From IMG/VR virus record IMGVR_UViG_3300034102_002416: a DNA stretch of 64,000 bases; one strand, written 5' to 3'. Shown here piece by piece: positions 8,776 to 18,120 of the stretch. Each line of letters begins with the position of its first letter. Position 1 is the first letter of the stretch. Source of the stretch: a virus. Under the pieces are notes generated by a model. The model did not search any database. It was not told the DNA's origin and worked only from the letters and a program-made list of their open reading frames with translations. The position numbers and the translations under genes were made by a program.

Positions 8776-10026
8776 TTAAAATTTAAAGAATTCTGCGAAC
8801 TTATTTGCATCGGTAGTTGATATAGAATCCCCTCCGAATTTTTTATATGTTTTTTTGTATTTTGCATATACATGCATTGCATTTTCTGGATCTGCAAACA
8901 TATCATGTAATGATAATATCACATTAAACAAATCCGTTGGAATAGCTGTTTCTAACAATTCAACATGACTATCAACCATTTTGTCAATATCCTTTGCAAT
9001 ATTCACATACAAATGTGTATTATGCACAACCATTCTTGGCATACCTTCTTGTGAATATCGATCCAATCCATCTGTAGTCAGCCCGCCTAAATATTCATAC
9101 GTAAAATCTTTACATGCTGGACAATCCATACTACACGGTACATGTTTTGTCTTATCGATATCTACCGAATCTTTACCTTGCTTAATATGTGTCTTTCTAC
9201 GATATTCAGCATTCTTAGGGAAATACAATTCTGTAAATGTCTGTGTCTTATAATTACCTGAGTGAAGATATGTTCCATATACTGGATACTGACCCGGTGA
9301 CGATGAATCTGTCGATAATTGCACACGACCATTAGTTAAGTCATTAAGTAACTTTTGTAATGTGGATAGAATAAAGAAATCTGATATTTTTGAAATACCT
9401 AACAAGTGAATATATTGAACATGAGGCTTTTCAAATTCTCTTTCTTGCAACATTAATGCAATAACATACATAAAATCAACTAATCGCTTTGGACCTCCAA
9501 TACACCATCCGTTAAAGTCAAAGTCTTTAAATTTATGATACCATGTGTTATATTCTTCGTTATATGTACCCTGAATTACATTTAAGAATTTTGTCTTGCC
9601 TGATTGATGTTTTTCAAACCATTTAAAGTTATCAAAAGAAATATCCATCGAATCTTGAAAACGATTTTCAAATGTAACTCGAGGTGGAATATCTAAGTTA
9701 GCTGCTACATCGCTGTTAGCTTCTAACCAATGAAATATTTTTTCTCGAAGTGTGCTATCCCATTTCAATGCACCAGTAGCAATCTGGAATCCTCCTGAAT
9801 CTCCAAATACTAATACATCATCATCTAGACCAATCTGTTGACGAAAATCCATTTTCTTGTAATGGTGACCTGCTGTAATCAAAAAATATGGATGCCTCCA
9901 TTCTTCTGGATAATCTTTCCCGAAAAATCGCATAGTGGTACCATCTTCAAACTTAGCATCCTTTTTGAATGCTGATACCATTGATCCTGCTGATAATGAA
10001 GGATAGTAAATAAACTTTTTACTCAT
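8776..10026 (-). CDS. dpdA: DNA 7-deazaguanine transglycosylase (TGT fold, DpdA)
   Basis: DSGGFQ, LDIPP, HLLG, DSSS, Zn site CSMDCPAC...HN; folE/queD/queE in the same region. Confidence 0.85.
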   Translation of the reverse strand: MSKKFIYYPSLSAGSMVSAFKKDAKFEDGTTMRFFGKDYPEEWRHPYFLITAGHHYKKMDFRQQIGLDDDVLVFGDSGGFQIATGALKWDSTLREKIFHWLEANSDVAANLDIPPRVTFENRFQDSMDISFDNFKWFEKHQSGKTKFLNVIQGTYNEEYNTWYHKFKDFDFNGWCIGGPKRLVDFMYVIALMLQEREFEKPHVQYIHLLGISKISDFFILSTLQKLLNDLTNGRVQLSTDSSSPGQYPVYGTYLHSGNYKTQTFTELYFPKNAEYRRKTHIKQGKDSVDIDKTKHVPCSMDCPACKDFTYEYLGGLTTDGLDRYSQEGMPRMVVHNTHLYVNIAKDIDKMVDSHVELLETAIPTDLFNVILSLHDMFADPENAMHVYAKYKKTYKKFGGDSISTTDANKFAEFFKF

Positions 10027-11186
10027 TATTTTCCTTGTATTAAATGTTTACAATATGCTGTTTCATGCCATATATTATGTTCTTGAGTTATATCATTAAC
10101 CATAATATAAGCTTCTAACTGCCGACCTAAGTCAGAAATATCAACTATATTGTAATGTGTTCTTTGTGTTTCAATTGTATGCTGTAATAATCGTAATGCA
10201 CTCGTAACATCAAATGCTTTGTATAAACGATCATAATCTATAAATTCAGGGAAAGATCTGAAATTAGGATATACAATATCAGCACCAAATGCCGTTGCTT
10301 CAATAACTGTCCAAGACACGTAATCTTGTAATGCTGAATTGAACTGAATTTTACATGTAGCTAATTCAGTGTAATATTCTTCTTTTGACAATCCACTTAA
10401 CAATTTAAAACGAGGTTGACGTTTAGCTAATGCTTTCATTGCATCAATTACATCAGGAAGCATCGATCTAAATTCTTTACCAGATGTAGTTACATGCCAT
10501 TCCCATATAGTATGTTGTTCTAAAAACTGTTCTGCAACATCTAACATGAAAAACGGATTCTTTTCTTTGTCTAAACGAGATGAATATACTACTACATTTT
10601 TCTTTCGTTCAGATATATTTGGTAATTTTGCTAATGTAGCTTGTTTATGAATTGGTAATGAAACTACATGAATTGGTGCAGTGAATCCAGCTGCTCGAAG
10701 TTGTTCTCTATGAATAGTGCTACCGACAAAGATGCCAGACATTCGTTTATCTAATCCTAATTCATAATTACGCATCCACTTTGCCATTGGATATGTAAAA
10801 TCATATTCATCAACAGATTGTGCATGAAGCATTGCATACACTTTAACTTCAATGCCATATAAATCCAATGCATACCAAATTGCATCTAAACCAGGAGTCC
10901 AATAATCTTGCAAAAAGATAATATCTCCAGATTTAACTTCATCATTATAAATTCGTTGAAGAAAATTTTGACATTGTGTCAAACTAAATTTACCTCTACC
11001 AATAGCATCTAATACTGCACCAACTTTAATTTGCTGATCAGGATCAAATTCGCCTTCAATATCTATAAAGTTTAATTTTCCAGCTTTTACATATGGTTCG
11101 AATGTGGCTGGCATCCATTCTTTTGAAAGCTGATATGTGTATCGAGCTTTAAGTGGTTCTAAACCGAAATAAAATAAATTCCTCAT
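10026..11186 (-). CDS. GT-B fold glycosyltransferase coupled to dpdA
   Basis: SRLDKEKNP and ALQDYVSWTVIEA GT-B C-domain motifs; its stop overlaps the dpdA start. Confidence 0.75.
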   Translation of the reverse strand: MRNLFYFGLEPLKARYTYQLSKEWMPATFEPYVKAGKLNFIDIEGEFDPDQQIKVGAVLDAIGRGKFSLTQCQNFLQRIYNDEVKSGDIIFLQDYWTPGLDAIWYALDLYGIEVKVYAMLHAQSVDEYDFTYPMAKWMRNYELGLDKRMSGIFVGSTIHREQLRAAGFTAPIHVVSLPIHKQATLAKLPNISERKKNVVVYSSRLDKEKNPFFMLDVAEQFLEQHTIWEWHVTTSGKEFRSMLPDVIDAMKALAKRQPRFKLLSGLSKEEYYTELATCKIQFNSALQDYVSWTVIEATAFGADIVYPNFRSFPEFIDYDRLYKAFDVTSALRLLQHTIETQRTHYNIVDISDLGRQLEAYIMVNDITQEHNIWHETAYCKHLIQGK

Positions 11187-11190
11187 TATA

Positions 11191-11224
11191 ACTTATAATA
11201 ATAAATTTTTTAAAACTATCCAAG
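11191..11224 (-). promoter_or_regulatory. host-type (Bacteroidota-like) promoter TTG(G)-N16-20-TAnn(A/T)T (representative copy)
   Basis: Coding strand CTTGGATAGTTTTAAAAAATTTATTATTATAAG. Similar elements near 4928-4960, 12411-12442, 16241-16268, 18841-18874, 22951-22980, 26041-26071, 30011-30044, 41146-41177 and 56411-56442. Confidence 0.55.
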
Positions 11225-11578
11225 TTAATCACGCTCAATTATAGCGCCGTTTTCCCAATCTTCCCAAACTTCTACTTTGTATAGTTCTGGAAATTGATCT
11301 AATAACCATTCGCCAATTGCTTCACATGACATTGGTCCGAATTCTAACACATTGGCAAAGCCTTTTTCGAAGCTCAATTGTAATGTTCTTTTTATTTCAC
11401 GATTCAATAAAATAAATTCTTTGTCGCGATCTGTATGTGTTACTGTTGCATAACAACGAAACCCGAACATATGACGATGTCTATCTGATAAAAATGCTAC
11501 TGGTGGAAATATGTCTTTTGCTGCAGGCCAACAATGAAACCCTTCCATACTAAATGTTACTACTACGCTGTACTTCAT
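11225..11578 (-). CDS. dpdL: QueD-paralog T-fold protein, probable CDG decarboxylase DpdL
   Basis: LSDRHRHMF fits the LxxxHRHxF signature I recall for DpdL; also SCE and EDWENG; a canonical queD is present separately. Confidence 0.65.
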   Translation of the reverse strand: MKYSVVVTFSMEGFHCWPAAKDIFPPVAFLSDRHRHMFGFRCYATVTHTDRDKEFILLNREIKRTLQLSFEKGFANVLEFGPMSCEAIGEWLLDQFPELYKVEVWEDWENGAIIERD

Positions 11579-11966
11579 CTGCTATTTGTTTTTTAAATTT
11601 AGTGGTTGACCATCCATGGTCTCTGTTTATGTAATGAATATCGATACCTAATTCCTTACCAGTAAAATCTTTTCCAATATAATCATCGCCTAAAAACCGT
11701 ACATCTGGATCGATTCCTTTAAGGAATTCATATAGTATTTCTTCGGTAGAATATGCTATAACTTCATCAATCATTTCTAATGAATACAACATTTCTTTTC
11801 GGTCATCTAAAGATAATATTGGTTTCATTTTCTCTGGGCGTTCTAAACTAGGATCTTCATGTAATAATACTATTAACCAAGTACAATGTTTTTTACATTC
11901 TTTAAACATTTTAATGTAACCTGGATGCATTACATCAAAATTACCTGCTATAACTCCTAATTTCAT
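11550..11966 (-). CDS. TagD-like cytidylyltransferase
   Basis: GNFDVMHPGY (HxGH variant), LGDDY and RDHGWSTT motifs. Confidence 0.8.
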   Translation of the reverse strand: MKLGVIAGNFDVMHPGYIKMFKECKKHCTWLIVLLHEDPSLERPEKMKPILSLDDRKEMLYSLEMIDEVIAYSTEEILYEFLKGIDPDVRFLGDDYIGKDFTGKELGIDIHYINRDHGWSTTKFKKQIADEVQRSSNI

Positions 11967-12400
11967 AGTTCTTCATCAAATTTATAGTTATCAGGCTGAA
12001 TTTCCATCATATTGCACTTAGTAATCTGGTGCACACGATACCAACCAGCATCAATACTCAATGTATCGGTGTCTTTTAGCAGTTGTACTGCATCATCTTG
12101 TATACGATAAATAATGTGGCATCGATTAACAAGATCCACAGGAATGTTCTTTAAAGTGTCTTTAGCAGCTTCAATGGTTATAGCACAATTAGTTGTATCT
12201 AAAATATGCCGGATAATTGAAAGATATTGTGCATTATCTTCAATTTGTCGCATATATTCTATAGTAAAATAATAATGTGGATATTCTGTATATGATTTTA
12301 CTTCTAGTTTATTGTTAACTAACTCTCTAACAAAGAATGTCATAATATCCGAATACCGACCTTCTACTTCGCGGCCGCGCCATTGCTTTTTTCCGTACAT
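11963..12400 (-). CDS. hypothetical protein, first gene of the modification operon
   Basis: ATGA overlap with the cytidylyltransferase; TTTGG promoter upstream. Confidence 0.65.
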   Translation of the reverse strand: MYGKKQWRGREVEGRYSDIMTFFVRELVNNKLEVKSYTEYPHYYFTIEYMRQIEDNAQYLSIIRHILDTTNCAITIEAAKDTLKNIPVDLVNRCHIIYRIQDDAVQLLKDTDTLSIDAGWYRVHQITKCNMMEIQPDNYKFDEEL

Positions 12401-12448
12401 ATTTTTCTTTTATTATATGTAATAATATTAAAATAACCAAATGTTTTA

Positions 12449-12481
12449 ACAGTAAAAAAGTGCAACGTTTAAATTGCACTT
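12449..12481 (-). terminator. intrinsic terminator
   Basis: Stem AGTGCAA/TTGCACT followed by TTTTTACTGT. Confidence 0.75.
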
Positions 12482-12493
12482 AAAATATTTAGT

Positions 12494-12880
12494 TTAACTT
12501 AACGGAGTAGAATCGTCTTCATTTTCTGGATCTACATACAATCCTAATTGTCGACCTAATGCTTTCATAATTTCAATTCCAGTTGCATCATCTATAGTAG
12601 AATCTATCGATTTCATATATTTAAGAATTTCATCTGGATCTGTATCTTTTATAATCATGCTTTGTATGTTTAATACCATACGAGCTTGTTCTCGCTCTTT
12701 TGCACTTTTTCCAGAAAATACTTTTGCATATGTTGCAACTGCAGCTGCCAAAAGTCCTCCAGCTCCTATTGCCATTTTAGAAGCTGGAAATAAAATCCCA
12801 GGATGTTCTTCATTTAAATTTTTAGTTTTAAACCGACGCATATTTTCTGCTAGCAAATCTGTTAGTTTAATATTTGACAT
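12494..12880 (-). CDS. leader-tagged hypothetical protein with hydrophobic segment
   Basis: MSNIKLTDLLAENMRRFKTKNLNEE leader, then AIGAGGLLAAAVATYA. Confidence 0.7.
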   Translation of the reverse strand: MSNIKLTDLLAENMRRFKTKNLNEEHPGILFPASKMAIGAGGLLAAAVATYAKVFSGKSAKEREQARMVLNIQSMIIKDTDPDEILKYMKSIDSTIDDATGIEIMKALGRQLGLYVDPENEDDSTPLS

Positions 12881-12928
12881 TAGTATCCTTTAACATAATT
12901 TTAATATAAATATATGCAAAAAAAAAAA

Positions 12929-15439
12929 TCATTTACCAAAGCTAAAAAACTTTGCCGCATTATTATTTTCTGGCAATACGCCCCACGTCATTGCTGCATA
13001 GAAATCATCTAGTTTGCCTTTTAATTCGCGTTCAAACTGCTTGTTACGATCAATGTACATTGCAACAAAATCTACAATCTCCGTAGGATCCTGGTAACCT
13101 TTAAGTGCCATGGTATCAAATCCATATGGATTATTTCGAAGATATGCCCATTTCACTTTATCACCATCTTTGATAGAAACTACATCAGTTGTTAATGTTG
13201 TTAACATGTCATTGTAATTAATTGCTGATTTAACATGAGCTGGCGAACCAGATAAATATCCACTAAAAGGTTTACGTTTCTTAGTATATTTAGATATTTC
13301 TTTAACACCTGAATTCTTCATTACACTTGTTAATTCTGCATTATTCAATGAATCTTTGAATTTTAAAATCATTTCAGATGTAGCTTGTTTGCTGTTTTGT
13401 TTCAAAATATACCATAATGTTTCTTTCATTATAGTTTTAAACTCATCTGGGAATGATGATCTAACTACATCTAATCCTTTAATATCCATTTTGTTAGTAG
13501 GTTTACCTTCTTTAAAGATAACCCACTGTGCATATCTTTTCTTAGCAATCCATAAACCAGATTTTGCAACATATTCTTGTTTAATTGTGAACCGATGCGA
13601 ATCTGTATTTAAAAATACTTTTGCATACTGGTTGTACATTGTGTTTACTTTAAGTTGTACTTCAGATGCAATTTCATTGGTTTTTTCAATCATGAATTGT
13701 TCGTCTGTTTCATCGAATCCAGGATAACGATGCTGTATGAGCGGTAAACTAGAAACAAATGTTGAATCTGTGTCAGTATAAAATGCAAACTCAGCTTGTT
13801 GACCGGATGCATTAATAAAGTTTGAATGTCCAATTTCTTTTTGGTAATGATTATTAATAACTTTTGCTGAAAATTTAATAATACTTTGTCCAGTTGCTGT
13901 AATAGCACCAGCATTATCTAAATCGTGGAATCGAAACGTTTTAAGTCCTAATACTCCATAAAATGAATTAAGCAATACTTTTTGTGTTAACTGCATTGCA
14001 TCATAAAACTTATAATCATCACTACCTACTTCATATTCATCACGCTTATCTTTAAATTCTACCCGCTCATCAAACCATTTTGCTAGAATTGTTGGTAAAA
14101 ATCCTTTTATATCGGTTCGATACACCGTTCCATTGCTAGCAACTGTATATTTATTATCGGTTAACCATTGTTTAACATCTGTAATCGTTTTGTTTCCAAT
14201 TTGTACCGATACCGGATCAGTTTTTAATAAACATGTTTCATCCCAATTAGCAATAACTCCGATCTTTGTTTCTGGAGATATGTTTAAACTCATAATGATA
14301 CTCGGATACAGAGATGTTAAATCCAAGTCATATATCCATTTATACAATCCAGGCACCGGTGCCATTACATATGCACCTGCCAACACATCAGCTGCAGTTT
14401 CTTCTTCAATAAAACGGAATTGTTTATTTGGAGCTACATATCCATTACGTTTTAAATCTACTATAGCAGCACCATCTAGATATTTAGATGCATAATAAAC
14501 ATCTTCATATGGTACATGTCCTTTATGACATATAGTCCGTGCTAAGTTTATGAACTGTAACTTTTCATCTAATTCATAAACCAAATCGGTATCTGTCATG
14601 TTGTAAAAAGCAAACTTGTGAATATCTTGTGTAAAAAGAACATCTAAATCACCTTCATATTCAACTTTACCTCGACCCAATTCTAGTTTTGCAACAGTAT
14701 CTAATCGATAATTTGGTAATTCGCTGTATGTAAAGTTTTTATATAGTTTCAAATAATCTAAACTAGAAACACCAAATATTTTCCATTTTTCCTTTTTTGG
14801 ATTATAATCTACAATTCCAGCCGGACTTAATTTTTTGATGGCATTTACACCTAATACCTTTTTAGCACGACCCAATAAATATGGAATATCATATCCATCA
14901 GTGTTCCATCCTGTAATTACAGTTGGTTGTACAGCCGCAAATATGTTTATAAATCTGGTTAAAAGATCTCTTTCGTCTCGAAATATTTCTAAAACATAAC
15001 CATCGCCTTGTATTTCACGTTCTTTTATGCGATTCAGTTCGTCTAATATAAGTACTCGTCTATCATTACCAATTTTATCATAATATGCAATTGATGTTAT
15101 AGCCGTGCGCGTATCATGTATAGTACTATATCCATTTTCATCTTTTGCTGTTTCAATATCAAAGAAAAAATCGCGATGTCCTTTTGATACTAAATCTGAT
15201 TCATAGTATAAATCTATCAGGGTTCGGACTTCTTCATTTAGATCAGATTCGTATGAAGCAGGATTATCTTTATGATTTCCTGGTATCTGTTTTAATGTAG
15301 TGCCGTCTAATGATACATATGTTCCTGCAGAGTCTGGTAAATATGCATATGGTTTAAATGGAAATTTTTGATGTCCTAATTCATCATCCCACACGTGCAT
15401 AGTACCGGATTTTCTGTCATATGAAATATTTTGATACAT
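12929..15439 (-). CDS. family B DNA polymerase (gp43-like)
   Basis: Exonuclease motif FDIET; polymerase motifs DLTSLYPSII, KVLLNSFYG, YTDTDS and KKRY. Confidence 0.97.
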   Translation of the reverse strand: MYQNISYDRKSGTMHVWDDELGHQKFPFKPYAYLPDSAGTYVSLDGTTLKQIPGNHKDNPASYESDLNEEVRTLIDLYYESDLVSKGHRDFFFDIETAKDENGYSTIHDTRTAITSIAYYDKIGNDRRVLILDELNRIKEREIQGDGYVLEIFRDERDLLTRFINIFAAVQPTVITGWNTDGYDIPYLLGRAKKVLGVNAIKKLSPAGIVDYNPKKEKWKIFGVSSLDYLKLYKNFTYSELPNYRLDTVAKLELGRGKVEYEGDLDVLFTQDIHKFAFYNMTDTDLVYELDEKLQFINLARTICHKGHVPYEDVYYASKYLDGAAIVDLKRNGYVAPNKQFRFIEEETAADVLAGAYVMAPVPGLYKWIYDLDLTSLYPSIIMSLNISPETKIGVIANWDETCLLKTDPVSVQIGNKTITDVKQWLTDNKYTVASNGTVYRTDIKGFLPTILAKWFDERVEFKDKRDEYEVGSDDYKFYDAMQLTQKVLLNSFYGVLGLKTFRFHDLDNAGAITATGQSIIKFSAKVINNHYQKEIGHSNFINASGQQAEFAFYTDTDSTFVSSLPLIQHRYPGFDETDEQFMIEKTNEIASEVQLKVNTMYNQYAKVFLNTDSHRFTIKQEYVAKSGLWIAKKRYAQWVIFKEGKPTNKMDIKGLDVVRSSFPDEFKTIMKETLWYILKQNSKQATSEMILKFKDSLNNAELTSVMKNSGVKEISKYTKKRKPFSGYLSGSPAHVKSAINYNDMLTTLTTDVVSIKDGDKVKWAYLRNNPYGFDTMALKGYQDPTEIVDFVAMYIDRNKQFERELKGKLDDFYAAMTWGVLPENNNAAKFFSFGK

Positions 15440-15673
15440 TTACTTTGTAATTTCTTTATTGTGTAATATACGAATAATTCCGTATAAATTAATTGATATG
15501 ATGACAAAACTTAATACTAGGTGACTTATATTGTTTATATATAAATCATATGATACCCAACCAATATCACCAATTATCCAAGCAATCATCGCAAACATTG
15601 GATAGCCTTTGGCATTGGAAATGTATCCTAACAAAACCAATGCCGTGCTTACCCATCCTATGAATTCAATCAT
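15440..15673 (-). CDS. small 3-TM membrane protein (PnuC/SemiSWEET-like size)
   Basis: 77 aa with three hydrophobic segments. Confidence 0.5.
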   Translation of the reverse strand: MIEFIGWVSTALVLLGYISNAKGYPMFAMIAWIIGDIGWVSYDLYINNISHLVLSFVIISINLYGIIRILHNKEITK

Positions 15674-15969
15674 ACATTGGTATTTATCATAGCAATTTCT
15701 GATTCACGAATAAGTACATATTCATCGCCATCAATTGTAACTTTTTTCTGGGATCCGATATTCCCATTGTAAATTTTAACTTGCATGCCGGGTTTTGTTG
15801 TCATTGGAATTCGATCACCAGTATGCGTAAACAAACCATCGCCAATTGCAATGACATCACACGTTACATAATCATCCATACCAGCCATAACAATAATACC
15901 ACTCGCTGTTTTTTCTTGTTTTTCTTGCTGTTTAACAAGAACTTGATCTCCAATTGGTTTCCAATTCAT
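15670..15969 (-). CDS. groES: GroES-like co-chaperonin
   Basis: KPIGDQVLV, KTASGIIV, VIAIGDG and LIRESEI. Confidence 0.9.
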   Translation of the reverse strand: MNWKPIGDQVLVKQQEKQEKTASGIIVMAGMDDYVTCDVIAIGDGLFTHTGDRIPMTTKPGMQVKIYNGNIGSQKKVTIDGDEYVLIRESEIAMINTNV

Positions 15970-15984
15970 AACTTATTCCTTTTT

Positions 15985-16233
15985 TTATTTATTATATAAA
16001 TTTATTACTGCATCTTTTGTTATAGCAGTTCCTAGTATTCGTCCTACTTCTATTCCATTTTTAATTATCAGCAATGTAGGCACAGTTCGTACGTTGTATT
16101 TACTGCATGTATCTGGGCTTGCATCTGCGTCAATAAATGTAATTGTCATTTGAGATTGTAATTGTTGAATTTGTGGTTTAATCATTTTGCATGGTCCACA
16201 CCATTCTGCTGAAAAATAAAGTACTTGTTTCAT
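15985..16233 (-). CDS. trx: thioredoxin
   Basis: WCGPC active site and VPT cis-Pro motif. Confidence 0.93.
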   Translation of the reverse strand: MKQVLYFSAEWCGPCKMIKPQIQQLQSQMTITFIDADASPDTCSKYNVRTVPTLLIIKNGIEVGRILGTAITKDAVINLYNK

Positions 16234-16290
16234 TTCTTTATAATATAATTAATTTCATAATTTCCAAATGTCGTTGTCGTTGTCCACATA

Positions 16291-17067
16291 TCAAACTCCC
16301 CTTTTAGTATCATATGCCACGATATGGTCTCTTCCTGTCATGTTATAACCATGGTTAGCACACATTTCAAATACCAACGGATACATTTTAATCAATTCGT
16401 CTCTAGTATCACCAGCAGGCATTATGTACGTTTTATCCTTTGGAATATTATGTTGAATCCTAAACAATTCAATTTCTTGTAGATTCTCTTCAGTACCATC
16501 CCAGACTGGTTTATAGTGATAATCTGCGTGATATGCAATCATTTTATCTATCGCTTCGCTATTGAGACGGAATTTATTATGTTGCTTAACCATCTTTTCA
16601 TCCGTAATCGTCCCTTGCGGTGTAGCAACGCCCACAACGGGTACGCTATTGGCAAACTTAGGACTAATAGAAAGGAGGCCAATAGGGTAATCAGTTTCAA
16701 TATAATGAGAACCTTCAGTTTCAATAGTAATAAGAATATCTCTTTCATGTGCAAAATGTGTCAATTCATTAACTAGTGCTGGATGCATTGTCGGGGATCC
16801 TCCAGTTAACATCATTTCTTTAATATGTGGATTTTCGTCGTAAATTTTAATAATATCATTGAATGTAAAAGTACCTTTTTCTGGATGAATTGAACTGTAC
16901 CAGCTATCGCACCAGCCACCTTCACCAAAATAGCATCGATGAGTGCATCCGGTAGTGCGTACTGCGATTGTTGGTCTACCAAATCGGCTTCCTTCTGATT
17001 GCACACAACGATATAATTCTATGATTGGCAATGTTTTATTGTAGTCTGTTATTCTTCCTGGCTTCAT
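16291..17067 (-). CDS. queE: 7-carboxy-7-deazaguanine synthase (radical SAM)
   Basis: QSEG, GCTHRC...WCDS, TGGSP, ETEG and SISPK; start MKPGR at 17067 with AAGGA SD. Confidence 0.9.
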   Translation of the reverse strand: MKPGRITDYNKTLPIIELYRCVQSEGSRFGRPTIAVRTTGCTHRCYFGEGGWCDSWYSSIHPEKGTFTFNDIIKIYDENPHIKEMMLTGGSPTMHPALVNELTHFAHERDILITIETEGSHYIETDYPIGLLSISPKFANSVPVVGVATPQGTITDEKMVKQHNKFRLNSEAIDKMIAYHADYHYKPVWDGTEENLQEIELFRIQHNIPKDKTYIMPAGDTRDELIKMYPLVFEMCANHGYNMTGRDHIVAYDTKRGV

Positions 17068-17074
17068 AAATTCC

Positions 17075-17446
17075 TTAAAATGGTAGGTCGTCATCGATTG
17101 ACTCAACACTATTGGTAACATTGGTATCTAATTTTTTAATTAATTCATCAAACTTATTTTCTAATGAATATAAACGTTCAAGTAAATAACGCAAATCAGC
17201 CTGTGCTAATTCAGAAGCAAATGTATCACCGGGTGTAGTTTTGCCAAAGTATTCATCTAGAAATGATTTTGGATATGTTGCTACTCGATTATATTCTGGT
17301 CTAGATAAGTCTGGTGGTAGATCTTGATAAATAACATGAATATTTTTTGACTTTGCAGCTTCATACACTTTTTGACCTAGTCCACTTTCTCGAGATGCTT
17401 TACCACTGTAATCATACAGTGACATATATTGATCATTACTCTTCAT
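17075..17446 (-). CDS. hypothetical protein with coiled coil and SSB-like acidic tail
   Basis: Ends ESIDDDLPF. Confidence 0.7.
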   Translation of the reverse strand: MKSNDQYMSLYDYSGKASRESGLGQKVYEAAKSKNIHVIYQDLPPDLSRPEYNRVATYPKSFLDEYFGKTTPGDTFASELAQADLRYLLERLYSLENKFDELIKKLDTNVTNSVESIDDDLPF

Positions 17447-17449
17447 GGT

Positions 17450-17665
17450 TTAGTTATTTGGTTTAACCGTTATTGTATATTTTCTAGTATAACTAGAATC
17501 CTCGTTTTTTACTAACACACCTAGTACTGGTATAAATTCGTTAGGATCAAACATAATTGGTGTAACAACAACACTTAGATTGGAGTTTTCTAAAGCAATT
17601 TTAATTTGTTGAGTTATTGCCATCTCATTAACTTCTACTTTCATTTGGTCTTTATTATTGTTCAT
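17450..17665 (-). CDS. hypothetical protein
   Basis: 71-aa ORF within the que operon. Confidence 0.55.
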   Translation of the reverse strand: MNNNKDQMKVEVNEMAITQQIKIALENSNLSVVVTPIMFDPNEFIPVLGVLVKNEDSSYTRKYTITVKPNN

Positions 17666-18119
17666 AACTTGCTGAATTTCGTTCGTGTTCGTATACTTCT
17701 ATTTTGATAGCTTTTACTCGGCCTTCTGTTTCTTCTTTTAAGAATGCATTTATTACATAATATAAATGTTCTGCAAATTTTTCACATCCAGTAGCTGGTA
17801 AAATTCTTAATTGAATAATACCATCTTCATCCATTTGTTTGAATTTATCTAAATATGGATCATCTAATGCAACGATTGTAGTATGATCTAATAAAAATGT
17901 AAAATAATCTTTTGGAGACATACCTGCAATTTGAGTTTTAGAACGCTTCATACCGCCAAAATCCCATACCCAATTACGATGATCTAATTCTCCTTCAAAC
18001 CATACTCTAAATGATACAGCATATCCATGTAAGAATTTACAATGAGTATCTTCTGCTTTCCATTGACGGAAACAAGTTGAGTAACCATCAAATAATTTTG
18101 TTGAAATGTAACGTGCCAT
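17655..18119 (-). CDS. queD: 6-carboxy-5,6,7,8-tetrahydropterin synthase
   Basis: HCKFLHGY, WDFG, LDH, GCE and EHERNSA. Confidence 0.9.
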   Translation of the reverse strand: MARYISTKLFDGYSTCFRQWKAEDTHCKFLHGYAVSFRVWFEGELDHRNWVWDFGGMKRSKTQIAGMSPKDYFTFLLDHTTIVALDDPYLDKFKQMDEDGIIQLRILPATGCEKFAEHLYYVINAFLKEETEGRVKAIKIEVYEHERNSASYEQ

Positions 18120-18120
18120 A

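Noticed and set aside
8776-10026. tRNA-guanine transglycosylase (tgt) for queuosine
   Set aside because: The context (clamp, polymerase, DpdL-like gene, no queA/queF, no tRNA seen) favours a DNA-acting DpdA.
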